From: a plasmid | Length of the DNA stretch: 64,000 nt | Reading direction: 5' to 3' (one strand) | Sequence record: NZ_CP023526.1 | In this document: positions 22,832 through 33,916 of the stretch, in pieces | Layout of the letters: every line of letters begins with the position of its first letter | Position numbering within the stretch: the stretch's first letter is position 1 | Made by a program: the position numbers and the translations under genes | Notes under the pieces: model-generated | Told to the model about the DNA's origin: nothing | What the model saw: only the letters and a program-made list of their open reading frames with translations | The model's database searches: none

Positions 22832-24798
22832 AATAAGATACCACTGCTTTGCGTTAGCCAGGTACAAATAAAGATTCAAAAAATACAGTCAATTACACTA
22901 AACCACGATGTGAGAGAGGGCACGCTTTCTCAGTAATGCAGATACCATTGCAATGTCAATGATGTGGCTTGTAGGGTTTTAGTTATCTCATCCTGTTGTA
23001 TCAGAGCTCACTGACTGTAGCAGTTTGTTGCTGTCTGCCACAGGTTCGGCTCGTTGAGCTATACAGCAATGACCGATGACATTACGAGTTCTTTCAACGA
23101 TGCAGCCACTTACCTGCAGTGCGGAGTCGATCAGCGTAGCGGCGCTGAAAGTATTCTTTTCACTATATCCAGCAAACAGCGACTTTTGTGGAAGCCTTTT
23201 AATTTACTGTACGTGTCATCGATGCGGCTGATAACGGGATTGTGGGGATTCGGTTAGAGATATTAAGCAACAATGATCCTCATCAACTTGTTTGACTGAC
23301 TGATTACAAGGAAAGAACTTAACGCACTGTTGAAAACTAATCCTGAAACATGGGCAGTGACTGCTACTCAATCAGACAATTTATTGCTATGGGCACATGA
23401 TGTCAGCGGTGGACAGTGTGGTGACGCTGACGGCGCAGGTAGAAGACCGTTATGCGCACCCGGTGAGAGATGGGGCAGTAGGAGTGATGTTCCTGACGCT
23501 GGCGGACGACATTGCGCTGCGGTGAGTACGGTGGTGACGTACACTACGGGCGTTGAAGCTACTGAAGCAGGCAGGGGAGTTTGTGATGCAAGCGTCATCG
23601 GCGCTGACCGTCCGGGGCTGTTGCTGGTGCAGGGTTGGTTTCCATCACACTCCACGCTCAGTAATGCTGTGTGGGTGAGTTGATCCGCCGGTTATCTAAA
23701 CGGACCCTTCCTCAGAACCGGACCTGCGGAAATACAGCATCCGGCTTCCAACAGATCAGTGTCCCCACATCTATCCAGCGAGCATCGTACATTGACTGAG
23801 TTCTCCATGATGACGGATATCCCAGTATTTTCATGATCAGATCTCACTTTTCTCATGTTATTAAGTGCTGCCACCTCTGCGGTTGGACCACCTGTAGTGA
23901 TATTTTCAGCGACTACTGGCACTCCCATACCTCAAAGCGGCATCTGTCACCTTATGGGCACTGTGAATAATTTTCACTCCTTTCAGGTCACCCACTGTGT
24001 GAGTTTTATCTGCTATAGGACAACAAGGGTGACAAGCATGGCATACCGCCTCGCAGATTTTAACGGACAGCGTCCTGCCCCGATCAACGGGTATTATCAT
24101 TTGGATAACGACTACCGGAGCTACAGCCTGCTCCTGGGCGCTTTATGGCTCAGGATGGATTAATCTTTATCTCTACTGTGCCGAAGACCCGTTCGGGCAT
24201 TTCGGCCCAGGCAGGATACTAACATGGCTCTGGGCTTTGTTTTGTGGTGGGGATGGAGGGGACGACCGTACCGCTGGCGTTGATAGCCGCAGTGGCTGGC
24301 GATGCCGCTGTCGGGTGGGCGCAGAACTCCCGGCAGAGGCCAATGACGGGCCGCGGGTTAACTGGAAGCTGGTTGGCATGGTGGCCGGCTTGGGTGCTGT
24401 GGCCTCTCTTAACGGTTCCGGGACTCGTCGCTCAGCTCCCTGAGTTCATGCCGGAATTTCAACATCCACGTCTGCTGGGGGTCACCCCAAATGGATTTCT
24501 TCTCACACTACCTGTTGGATGAAGCATTATTTTAGGGGGGAATGCACGTCGGAGCCAGGTCAATGCGCTTTATCCTGGAAATGATTTTAAAATGTTCCAC
24601 CTGCTTATTGATGGAGCAGGTAACGGCTGACGTGAGTTTGCGCACGACTGAACATCAAACTTCTTGTTTAAGGAGAGAAAAATCCTGGTTTTTATTGTAA
24701 GCTCTCATAGAAACCAGTCATATCAGTTACACTCAGTTCCCGTAAACAATCCTGTCCGTCTGTAGAGTTTGTATTTTGCAATTGTGTTGCAGTTATTC

Positions 24799-24828
24799 AG
24801 CCCTGCTCTGGCAGGGCTTTTTTATTTT
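24799..24828 (+). terminator. strong Rho-independent terminator with no annotated upstream gene
   Basis: AGCCCTGC-TCTG-GCAGGGCT followed by TTTTTATTTT. Confidence 0.55.
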
Positions 24829-25806
24829 ATATACACCCACGCCACCAGCAGTGGGTCCCGTTATCAGCAACCACTGGAGTATCGGGGTAACACCGATCCA
24901 GAAGGCATGTTGTCTTTAATTTCATCGTACAACACGCTCTGAAAAACGCTTTGTCTTAGCGGAACCTTGTTAAAGAAAAATACGGTTAAAGCTAATGTAC
25001 ATGCCTGTAAGGGCTTCTGACGCCCGCATAACGCAGCGACACCCCGACTGCAGCAAACCCTTGCCAGGCCCACCGCGATAGCATAGACAACTTTCTGTTT
25101 TGCTTTCAGTTGTTTTGATTCTTCCGGACTAAGGGTTAGTGGAATCTCTCAAACCAGTAGCCGGCTTTGCCGGGTCTCAGAGCCATACACCTGCATTAAC
25201 ACCCAGTATAATTACTGTTGGCCAATCATTAATTATTTCTTAAAGCCACTTGAGAACCGCTCTGTTGAAATTCAGTATCACGATTTCTTCCGGAAAATAA
25301 GGCATTGAATCTTCTGATAACAAGACACAACAGGGCAGGGTCGTTTGTGGTAAAGTAGGATACATAAGAAAAAGGTAATGACTATAATCTTTTTAGCTGT
25401 AAATATTCTGATTTATAGGGTGTTCTACTGTTTGAGATCGATTAAGTTTCGTGAAAAACTATTGAGACATTTATCGGGTGCATATATTTCACCAGGCAGT
25501 TCAGAAGAGCAGTTTACAAAAACAGTACGGTCATAAATCAGTCCGAAGGTCTGTGCCGGGATATGCCGTGGGCGCCAATAGTGAGAGGTGCGTGTAATAT
25601 TTTAGCGATCGGGCATGTGCATACTGCAAGAGATACTCTTAGGCTGCTCAATGAAGCCTGGACTTGTCAGGGCGGCCCAGGGATTTGATGCGTAATAAAT
25701 CATTATCTGTCAATTGGTTATAAAAATCACAAGCAAACAGTATCCACCGGGCTACACATTAAACAATGTGCGTGGATGATATTCTCCGGCTTCCGGTCTG
25801 GCACAT

Positions 25807-26115
25807 TCACTGAACGGGCAGTTTGCATTCGTCCCTGACTGATTCCTGGAAAAGCTCCACGGAATATTCGATATTGTCTGGTAAAAATCCCCACCGTTTG
25901 ACGGTTATATTCCAGTAGCCCGTTGCGGAAATTTGGATGAGTGCAGGAAAGTGATTAAAAAAACCACCGTAGAAATTTGCACCTCCCTCTTTGAGATAGA
26001 TCTCATGGTTGTGGTCATCTCTGATCATAATGATCAACGGCATATTGCTATTAACTATAATGTAATTACCTGCTTTAGCGTATAGGCGCTTGTATGTCAT
26101 TACTTCTACCTTCAT
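25807..26115 (-). CDS. hypothetical protein (102 aa)
   Basis: Sole long ORF in an AT-rich stretch, with a very AT-rich putative promoter region upstream (26116..26480). No homology recognised. Confidence 0.3.
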   Translation of the reverse strand: MKVEVMTYKRLYAKAGNYIIVNSNMPLIIMIRDDHNHEIYLKEGGANFYGGFFNHFPALIQISATGYWNITVKRWGFLPDNIEYSVELFQESVRDECKLPVQ

Positions 26116-26723
26116 CTATTAATAATTCTCACATGTATTCTAAAGTATTCATAATGAAATAATATTAATTGATTTAAATCATAAATAATTACTTTTAATT
26201 CTTTTTTATTAGCGATGTGGAACTGTTGATATAGAAAGGTGTAATGTTTTAATTATATATTATGGGTAATATTTTTTATATTATATTTTTAATTCATCAC
26301 GAGCGAGTGAAAATATGTTATTTAATTTTGATATCTGTCTTAAGGTATGGCACCCACACATACATTTTTTGCCGGGAAAATGTGTTGAGTTTTATCACAT
26401 GGCAACAAAGATTAATTTATAATAAGTGACGCTGTCACTTAAAATCTTCATCAGTATCCTAATTGCCACGTTACCCGTGTGGCGGCAGAGGGACATCGCG
26501 GTAATGGCGATCTTTCACCAACATCCCCTCATGTATCATGTGCTGTGACGCTTCATGCTGCACCAGCGGAGCTGTGGCCAGCACGGCCGTTCAGGACTGA
26601 AATGGAGAATACCGGCACTGGATATCAGATGGCGAGGAATGGGAGCTGGTCTTCCCTTCAGGAGAGAGTCTGCCTCCTGAAGGGAAGACCAAATTTGCAT
26701 ATCCGGGGATAAAATTCGTCCTG

Positions 26724-27089
26724 CTATTTTGTTGTCTCCCCTTTATTATGCCGGAAGATGGTTCCGACATTATTACTCACTGTAGTCAGCAATTTAACTA
26801 CCACTGCCGAGGACACCAGCGCCCCAACGGGCTCTCGTGCAGTGACACTCTCCGGCGTGATACTGGAGACTACCTGTGCGGCAAAGGGGGCTGCCACCAC
26901 GCCAGCCAGCATCGATATTGCAAATAATATGACTGACTTTATTAATGGAACATCCGATAAATACAGTGCAAAAATAGCCGCCCCGACTAATGCGCCAACA
27001 AGGACGCCTGGGCTGTGTACGCTGTGTGTGAATGTTGCAATTTCAGTCTGTGCCAGTCGACTGACGTCGGTGACGCTTTGTATAATCAT
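26724..27089 (-). CDS. phage holin-like small membrane protein
   Basis: From the internal Met (MIIQSVTDV...): two to three hydrophobic helices (VLVGALVGAAIFALYL; ILFAISMLAGVVAAPFAAQVV) and a charged C-terminus. The upstream part of the listed ORF is probably not translated. Confidence 0.4.
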   Translation of the reverse strand: MIIQSVTDVSRLAQTEIATFTHSVHSPGVLVGALVGAAIFALYLSDVPLIKSVILFAISMLAGVVAAPFAAQVVSSITPESVTAREPVGALVSSAVVVKLLTTVSNNVGTIFRHNKGETTK

Positions 27090-27854
27090 GGTTGTTCTCC
27101 TCAAGCAAGATATATATCTCCGGATATCGGTTCTTTTCATCCCACTGTTTGAACCTGCTGGCGCATGCCGTGGCACAAAATCCTGGCGGATAAAATTGAC
27201 CTGACTGCACGGGATGGTATTGCCGAAATATATGGCGACCATGGCATACAGGGGATACGTAAAATATAAACGATGCATAAACATAAGCAGAGAGAATATT
27301 TTTTATATTATCGTGAATCTAAAGCGTGTGGCGTACATCTGATATTGCTATAAATTTATTGAATTGTAGTAACTAATACATAAGTACGTAATATTGTAAT
27401 AACAAATGGCTGACGCAAGAACATCATAATGTCCATGCCTTATGAACGGGAACGTTCATAAGGCATGGCATAAACCATCGCATTGCCTGGAATGTATGCT
27501 CACGGTACATCGCCTGACATTATTGTGAATTTTTTTTTCAGTATCTCTGAAAAGCACCATGTATTCTTCTGTTTTGTTTATCCCAGGGCATCGAAAAAAC
27601 CGTTATCGGCATGAAACCGATGCTATGCATGCAAAATCGTAGCGTAAGTCGACGTATTCACTGAATGATGTTTTCCTGTGTGGGTGAGGTTAACAAAGAA
27701 GGTGTGTATCAACTGGGGCTGCAATGTCACTCCGGAGGTGGGATTCTCTGCGCCAGGTGATAACAGCGGGAGCCACTTTGTGGTGACATTGCACGCCAGA
27801 ATAAAAGACAGAGAACGATCAGGTAAATAATGATGTCTCAATACATGCAGCATT

Positions 27855-29396
27855 ATGCTGCCCCAAAATTGCGCTATCTCAGGCCGGGCTGTGAACAAAT
27901 CTAAGGCGAAGCGTGAAATTACGCTGACCATCGGCATTTTTTTTGATGGCACGGGTAATAATGCACCCAACACGGAAAGAGCCCTCCGTAGCTGTGGTGC
28001 AGGCTATCATGATCTAAATTTTTCGGGCGCAGAGAGCATGCTGGCTAAATGCGTTCGTGATCACTTTGGCTTTTCTGGGGCGGAGGCAGTAAGTTATAAC
28101 ACCTATTTTACCAATATCTACTGGCTGAGCAGGCTTTACCAGCAGGGGTTGACCACTGAGGCTGATGAAGCCCAGAGTGTTGTCTATATTGAAGGTATCG
28201 GAACTGAAATTGATCAGCCTGATAACCTGGTGGGTCTGGGACTGGGTCTTGCAGAAACAGGGATAATTGCCAAGACAGATAAGGCAGTCTCTAAAATAGC
28301 GCGACATGTTCAGGACATGCTGCGCGTTTTTCAAAACCAACAACAAGATTGTGTATTTGTTGTCACAACTGTCAGATTTGATCTTTTCGGTTTCAGCCGT
28401 GGGGGAGCTGCGGCACGGCATTTTGCGAATCGTGTACATGCCAGGGACTCCGAGATCATCAAGGCTATCAACCAGGGCATGGCGCATTCGGCATGTGTGG
28501 GCACGCCAGTTGTTAAAAATCGTTTTATAGGTCTGTTTGATACGGTCGCCGCTGTGGGGATCCCCACCCATCACTTAAACCGACATGTTACAGACACCGG
28601 TGATGTAAACCTTTCGCTGGCCACTCGAGTAGCTGAGCGCGTTTTTCAAATCGCGGCGGCGCATGAGTGTCGCTTTAATTTTGCCCTCAACAGCGTTGGT
28701 CCGGATTGGCCGGAGCTGCTACTGCCAGGCGCACATTCTGATATCGGCGGGGGGTATTTGCCGGTAGTTACAGAAAATGTGTTTCTGTCACGTCCGGAGA
28801 CCGAAACTGTGCCCTTCGACAGGCCTGATGTGCAAACGCGGGTATACCAGAAGGCTTTTGCCCAGCTATCCATCCTGACAGCCTCCCCGGCGATGGCTGC
28901 GCTGGCTCGCGTCAACAACATTTCAGCTGAAACCTGGTATGACGGCAGAATGCCACTTGATCGTTATGGACAAATGCAGAAAAGGTGTTTCGCTGCACTG
29001 ACACTTCGAAACAGGGTAGTCAAAAATCGTTGGTCGACGGTAGCCTTGAGGGTGATGCGGGATGCTGCTCTGGAGGCCGGGGTAAGGTTTAATGCAATCG
29101 ATCCGACGCTGCCGGAGACGGCGTTGCCTGATGAGTTGGTGTCTCTGAGTGCTAAGGCTGTTGTTATGGGCAAAGCTGTTCGCCAGGGCCAGTCATCGCA
29201 AGCGTTTTCTTTGCAAGAAATGGATATGCTCGCCACAAAATATATTCATTGTTCGGCTCACTGGAATGCCATTGATACTGACGCTGACGGACGGATCCTT
29301 GGGGGGGCATTTCCCTCCGAACTCATTGGTTTTATCAGCCGCCCCGACGAGCAATGGCGGCGTACCGTTTATCATATGGATGCCCGGAGGAGATAA
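27855..29396 (+). CDS. DUF2235-domain alpha/beta hydrolase (T6SS phospholipase Tle1-like)
   Basis: Hallmark motifs TIGIFFDGTGNNAPN and FDLFGFSRGGAAARHFANRV (DGTxN and GFSRG of DUF2235/Tle1). 513 aa. No signal peptide. Confidence 0.7.
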   Translation: MLPQNCAISGRAVNKSKAKREITLTIGIFFDGTGNNAPNTERALRSCGAGYHDLNFSGAESMLAKCVRDHFGFSGAEAVSYNTYFTNIYWLSRLYQQGLTTEADEAQSVVYIEGIGTEIDQPDNLVGLGLGLAETGIIAKTDKAVSKIARHVQDMLRVFQNQQQDCVFVVTTVRFDLFGFSRGGAAARHFANRVHARDSEIIKAINQGMAHSACVGTPVVKNRFIGLFDTVAAVGIPTHHLNRHVTDTGDVNLSLATRVAERVFQIAAAHECRFNFALNSVGPDWPELLLPGAHSDIGGGYLPVVTENVFLSRPETETVPFDRPDVQTRVYQKAFAQLSILTASPAMAALARVNNISAETWYDGRMPLDRYGQMQKRCFAALTLRNRVVKNRWSTVALRVMRDAALEAGVRFNAIDPTLPETALPDELVSLSAKAVVMGKAVRQGQSSQAFSLQEMDMLATKYIHCSAHWNAIDTDADGRILGGAFPSELIGFISRPDEQWRRTVYHMDARRR

Positions 29397-30020
29397 ATCC
29401 GGCTATTTTTCCTGTCTGTTTCCCGGAGAACTGGGCATAAGCCTGTGGTATCAGTGCCAATATCCCTGTCAGCAGCATGGAAGATAATTATTTGCCATCA
29501 AAGGCAAGCCACAAAGACCTGCCTGATGACAGGAGAACGGGAATAGCCCCGGGCAACAAGCAGCAACTGATGATGCAGGCTATTTTTATCGCCAGTGGAA
29601 AACAGTTAATAACCTGAACGTCCATCATTACGCTATACCCATCTAATACTGGCCTGCCTGAAAGCGTTTCACTATCAGTCAATACTCTCATGTTACCGGG
29701 AACCCTTACGAGGTAGCATCCATTATTCGGTGTAAAAGATGTGTTTTCCCCGTCAGTCTTTGCCTCCTGAAAAGGCCGATTATTGGTGCCTTTCTGATTG
29801 CTGATTATCCCTAAATCCGATCTGGGATGCCGCGGCAGTCCAACCAACAGGACCTTGGCCTGGCTCAAGTGCATTCGTTAACAACCTGTCGCCTCTGCAA
29901 AGATTTTTGCGCCCACTTCGATCGCGGCGATTCCTGCTACGAAAGCACTCAGCGTCAGCAAAGCAGGCATTTCCACGATATCGCTGAGTGCTTTACCCAT
30001 TTCCAGACCCAGGCAGATGG

Positions 30021-30296
30021 GTAAGCGTTAAGTGAGCACCATATTGACGACTATTTATTGATGAGGTCTACGGACCATGGCAGAAGTTCTGCCACTTTAT
30101 TGGACGGCCACTCTGGCAGTACGCTCAGGATATGGCGAAGGTAAGCTTCCGGATCGATGCCATTCAGCCATTGGGTCTGCTCACCGGTCGAACGCGGAGG
30201 ATACTGGAGCACTGTTGTGGCCATTGTCGCCAAAAATGCAAGACTGTGCTGGACATTATTGCATTGCGGTGATGATTTCAGGCTGTACTCAGCCAA
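30021..30296 (-). mobile_element. IS66-family right end: terminal IR (GTAAGCG...) plus TnpC C-terminal fragment
   Basis: IR begins GTAAGCGTTAAGTGAGCACC at 30021. ORF 30051..30296 (minus) ends ...GIDPEAYLRHILSVLPEWPSNKVAELLPWSV, matching the conserved IS66 TnpC C-terminus. Confidence 0.6.
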
Positions 30297-30420
30297 CTGA
30301 AGTACAAAACTGTATGACCATATGACTTACAAATCTTTGATGATAAAGGTTTGATAACGTGAGGAATATCTGATTATTGTACAGGGCGAGTGTACCTGGC
30401 TAACGAACCAGAGCCTCAGG

Positions 30421-30447
30421 CGCGCCTTTCATCAGGGTCCGAATCGA
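30421..30447. repeat. 27-bp sequence CGCGCCTTTCATCAGGGTCCGAATCGA, repeated with 1 mismatch at 59100..59126
   Basis: Direct comparison of the two sites. Confidence 0.7.
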
Positions 30448-31179
30448 TGGCGATTCATCATGATCGTTTCCTGGGATCGTAGTCTCTCCCCTTTATTTTT
30501 TCTGTAGTGCAGACAGAAACCGTAAACACCGGCGTTGACATGCCGGGGAAGTCCTTATGGAACAATTTGTTTCGTTTCCCAAAGGCAGCCCTACCTGAAA
30601 AGTCGCCAGTCTCCATAAGTCCTCTGGAGCACTATGCCGGGCAGGATGAAATCATCCTGCGCTACCGGGAGCCACAGGGCGGGGCAGGGAGCGTGCCTGG
30701 TAGTGAGTGACGATGACTTTATGGCACGGTTTTTCTGGCAGGTCCCGGTCATAAGGTGCTCTGAACGCGGGAGAGGTTTTGTAAAACAGGGCATGAGATT
30801 TGATTTGTCTTAAGTGGTTAGCTGATGAAATATTACAAAACATGAAATACGTGTAGGGCGGGTTACGTTTATCCGCCATAACCCTGATGTTTGCCCTGAA
30901 GTCAAAGACGATTAAGGTCTAAACCGTGAGTAACACGGCGTAAATAGCGTCAAAATAATGCAAATACCACAGCAGATTCATGATTTTTTTACATATTATT
31001 GACCGTCCAGTCCATTTCCACTCTTTTTACGGTGTGAGATCTGGATATTGTTCCACAGAGACCTGTCTGCACCTTGTCATAAATACTCACAGTCAGGTGG
31101 GGGGAAAGCCACACAAACCGCAATAAGATAACTATAGTTACGGCAATTATCCTTTAGCTGTTTGGGCTACATCCTCTCT

Positions 31180-33045
31180 ATGCAAAAAAATAAAACTCCG
31201 CTGCCAGCGGTTACGCTGGCAGCAATTGGTGTCGTGTACGGGGATATTGGCACCAGTCCTCTTTATACCCTGCGTGAATGTCTTACCGGGGTTGAGGGAA
31301 TATCCATGACGCAGACATCGATATTTGGTTTCCTGTCGCTGATCTTCTGGCTCTTGATGCTGATTGTATCCCTGAAATATGTCTGCTTTGTGATGAAGGC
31401 AGACAATGACGGAGAGGGGGGGATACTGACGCTGATGTCTCTGGCCATCCGCAATATTAATTCTCGCCGGGCAGGGATGGTGATCCTGGCCGGTCTGGTC
31501 GGCGCCAGTTTCTTTTACGGTGACGGCGTCATCACCCCTGCTATTTCCGTGCTTTCAGCCATCGAAGGGCTGGAGCTTATTGCTCCCTCGCTGGCTGATT
31601 TCATTGTGCCGCTGGCCCTCGTTGTGTTGACTATACTGTTTGCTATCCAGAAATACGGTACCGGCAAGGTCGGTAAGCTTTTCGCCCCGGTTATGTGTCT
31701 CTGGTTTGTTATGCTTGCCGTGCTCGGCATTAGCGGGATTATGCGTCATCCCGGGATAGTACAGGCGCTGAACCCGTGGTGGGCCATACAGTTTTTCCAG
31801 CAGTACCGCAGTGCGTCGTTTGTTGCCTTGGGAATGGTGGTGTTATCCGTCACTGGGGCTGAAGCGTTATATGCAGATATGGGGCATTTCGGAAAAAAAC
31901 CAATTCGGATTGCCTGGGGAATGCTGGTTGCACCCGCGCTGGTCCTCAACTATTTTGGCCAGGGGGCACTGTTACTCAGCCAGCCTGAGGTGATTAAAAA
32001 CCCGTTCTTTCTTCTGGCGCCGGACTGGGCAATGATCCCGCTGCTCCTGGTTGCCACACTGGCGACCGTCATTGCTTCACAGGCAGTTATCTCCGGTGTT
32101 TTCTCTCTCACCCGGCAGGCCGTTCGTCAGGGGTATCTGCCTCCTATGCGTATCATTTATACCTCGGATGTAGAATCCGGACAGATTTATGTGCCGCTGG
32201 TAAACTGGTTGCTCTATGTGGCTGTGGTGATCGTCATCGTCAGCTTTAAAAGCTCAAGCAGTCTGGCCTCCGCATACGGCATCGTGGTTACCGGTACGAT
32301 GGTGCTGACAGCAGTTCTACTCAGCATTGTGCTGGTGAAAAACTGGGGCTGGAAGCGTCGCTGGGGGGGGATGATGCTCGTTGCCATGTTGGTGGTTGAT
32401 CTGCCACTGTTTGCTGCGAACCTTTCCAAGTTGTTCAGTGGGGGCTGGTTACCTGTGGTGCTCGGCCTGGCGATACTCCTTATCATGCTTACGTGGAATA
32501 CAGAACGCCAGCGCTTGCTTGGGCGTCTGCGCGATAATCCCGAAGCCCTGCAGGCCATGATTGGCTCCCTCGAACAGTCAGAGTCCCTGCGCGTCAGGGG
32601 GACCGCGGTCTATATGGAGCGATCACAGACAGCTCTGCCGCTTGCATTGATACATAATCTTAAACATAACAAGGTGCTGCATGAGCGGGTGATCCTGCTT
32701 AATGTGACCACGGCCGATGTGCCTTACTGGCACAATGTGCAACGTGTAACCATCACGCAATTGTCACCTACCTTCTGGCGTGTGGCGGCATGCTACGGCT
32801 GGCGAGAAACGCCAAATGTGACGGATATTCTCTATCGTTGTGGCATGGAGGGACTTCGTGTCACGATGGAAGAAGCCTCGTTCTTCCTATCCAGAGATAC
32901 GCTATTGCTGGGCGACCGACCTTGGTATTTGAAATGGCGAGGGTGGATGTTCCAGATCCTGCAACGCAATGCTCTACGTGCACCTGAACTCTTCCAGATC
33001 CCCGCTAATCGAGTGATTGAGTTGGGTTCCCAGGTTCGGTTCTGA
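31180..33045 (+). CDS. kup: low-affinity K+ uptake transporter Kup (second-copy-like context)
   Basis: Near full-length collinearity with enterobacterial Kup ([29 protein letters not shown]...[15 protein letters not shown]...[12 protein letters not shown]). Probable start at MQKNK. Confidence 0.9.
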   Translation: MQKNKTPLPAVTLAAIGVVYGDIGTSPLYTLRECLTGVEGISMTQTSIFGFLSLIFWLLMLIVSLKYVCFVMKADNDGEGGILTLMSLAIRNINSRRAGMVILAGLVGASFFYGDGVITPAISVLSAIEGLELIAPSLADFIVPLALVVLTILFAIQKYGTGKVGKLFAPVMCLWFVMLAVLGISGIMRHPGIVQALNPWWAIQFFQQYRSASFVALGMVVLSVTGAEALYADMGHFGKKPIRIAWGMLVAPALVLNYFGQGALLLSQPEVIKNPFFLLAPDWAMIPLLLVATLATVIASQAVISGVFSLTRQAVRQGYLPPMRIIYTSDVESGQIYVPLVNWLLYVAVVIVIVSFKSSSSLASAYGIVVTGTMVLTAVLLSIVLVKNWGWKRRWGGMMLVAMLVVDLPLFAANLSKLFSGGWLPVVLGLAILLIMLTWNTERQRLLGRLRDNPEALQAMIGSLEQSESLRVRGTAVYMERSQTALPLALIHNLKHNKVLHERVILLNVTTADVPYWHNVQRVTITQLSPTFWRVAACYGWRETPNVTDILYRCGMEGLRVTMEEASFFLSRDTLLLGDRPWYLKWRGWMFQILQRNALRAPELFQIPANRVIELGSQVRF

Positions 33046-33134
33046 TGGGCGTGAATGGAATGGACGCCCCCAATTAAGTGGCAGCTGTGTGTCAGAATGA
33101 AAGTGGGTCTTCCGCAACTTGGGTGGAGATTTTC

Positions 33135-33254
33135 ATGCCAGAGGACTCATCACCCGTCATGACTGGTGAACTAAAGGCGCTGAAATCGCATAATGAACAG
33201 TTGGCTGCGTTGCTGGCCGGAAAAACAGAACCAGTTAAGGGAGATAAAAAATGA
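33135..33254 (+). CDS. small ORF (39 aa) translationally coupled to the ParB-like gene
   Basis: MPEDSSPVMTGELKALKSHNEQLAALLAGKTEPVKGDKK. Its stop overlaps the next start (ATGA). Confidence 0.3.
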   Translation: MPEDSSPVMTGELKALKSHNEQLAALLAGKTEPVKGDKK

Positions 33255-33835
33255 CTAAAGAAGATGACCAGAAAAACTGCCCGGAGTGCGACGAAGAGGG
33301 GCGGAACATGATGCTCAGTCTTGAAGACATATTCGGCGACAGCATTAGAGAGATGCGGGAGCGAGATAAAGAGTTTTTACCGAAAACAGAATGGTTCTCC
33401 AGAATTGAGACTGACCTGGACACCTTTATGCAGACCTATATGACGAAGTATCCCTTTACGTCCTTTGAAGCGATCCCACGGGACGAGTCGGGACTGACGT
33501 TTCCGGCCTTTGAGGATTTGCAGTTTTATTTGCCACAACTGCTTCGTCATCAGCCAGTGAAGATTGTTGAGGTCGACGGACTGGCCTTTCTCAGCGTTCT
33601 TGGTGATGGTGCATTTTGCATCGATCCGCGCCGGTGGCACAGGATCAAAACCTACATTGCGAAAGGCACTGTTGAATACCCGCAGGTATCAGTCATGCAC
33701 TCTGGCGTATCGGACGGCCGCCATCGCACGTTGTTGCTCATGCAGCTGTACAACCGCAGAACAATCCCGGTTGTAGTCCCTGAAAGTCACTACGAGACGT
33801 TTATGGCTGAGGCGAAAAACAATGGTGCGGTTTAA
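33251..33835 (+). CDS. hypothetical protein with C-terminal ParB/sulfiredoxin-like motif
   Basis: ...YPQVSVMHSGVSDGRHRTLLLMQLYNRRTIPVVVP resembles the ParB-nuclease/Srx DGxHR core followed by the IPVVV strand. The N-terminal 150 aa are unassigned. Confidence 0.45.
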   Translation: MTKEDDQKNCPECDEEGRNMMLSLEDIFGDSIREMRERDKEFLPKTEWFSRIETDLDTFMQTYMTKYPFTSFEAIPRDESGLTFPAFEDLQFYLPQLLRHQPVKIVEVDGLAFLSVLGDGAFCIDPRRWHRIKTYIAKGTVEYPQVSVMHSGVSDGRHRTLLLMQLYNRRTIPVVVPESHYETFMAEAKNNGAV

Positions 33836-33836
33836 T

Positions 33837-33907
33837 TTTGGGGTCAGTTTGGATATAGAGAATTTTGTACGGTAAGCCTTTTTTGAACAGGCTTACCTAT
33901 TGCGATG
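33837..33907. repeat. ~70-bp repeat element copy A (TTTGGGGTCAGTTTGGATATAGAGAATT...hairpin GTAAGCCT/AGGCTTAC)
   Basis: About 85% identical to 34886..34956. Carries an internal hairpin. Confidence 0.65.
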
Positions 33908-33916
33908 TCCAGTCGA

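Noticed and set aside
23330-24522. Mutually overlapping ORFs on both strands (23330..23683 plus, 23368..23655 minus, 23855..24163 plus, 24244..24522 plus) that might be prophage remnants
   Set aside because: Frames contradict one another, and no RBS or homology was recognised by eye. Treated as decayed non-coding DNA. An attempt to match CbtA/CbeA-type toxin-antitoxin proteins failed.
27623-27973. 116-aa minus-strand ORF overlapping the start of the DUF2235 gene
   Set aside because: It overlaps the better-supported plus-strand CDS and its upstream region, and has no features of its own.
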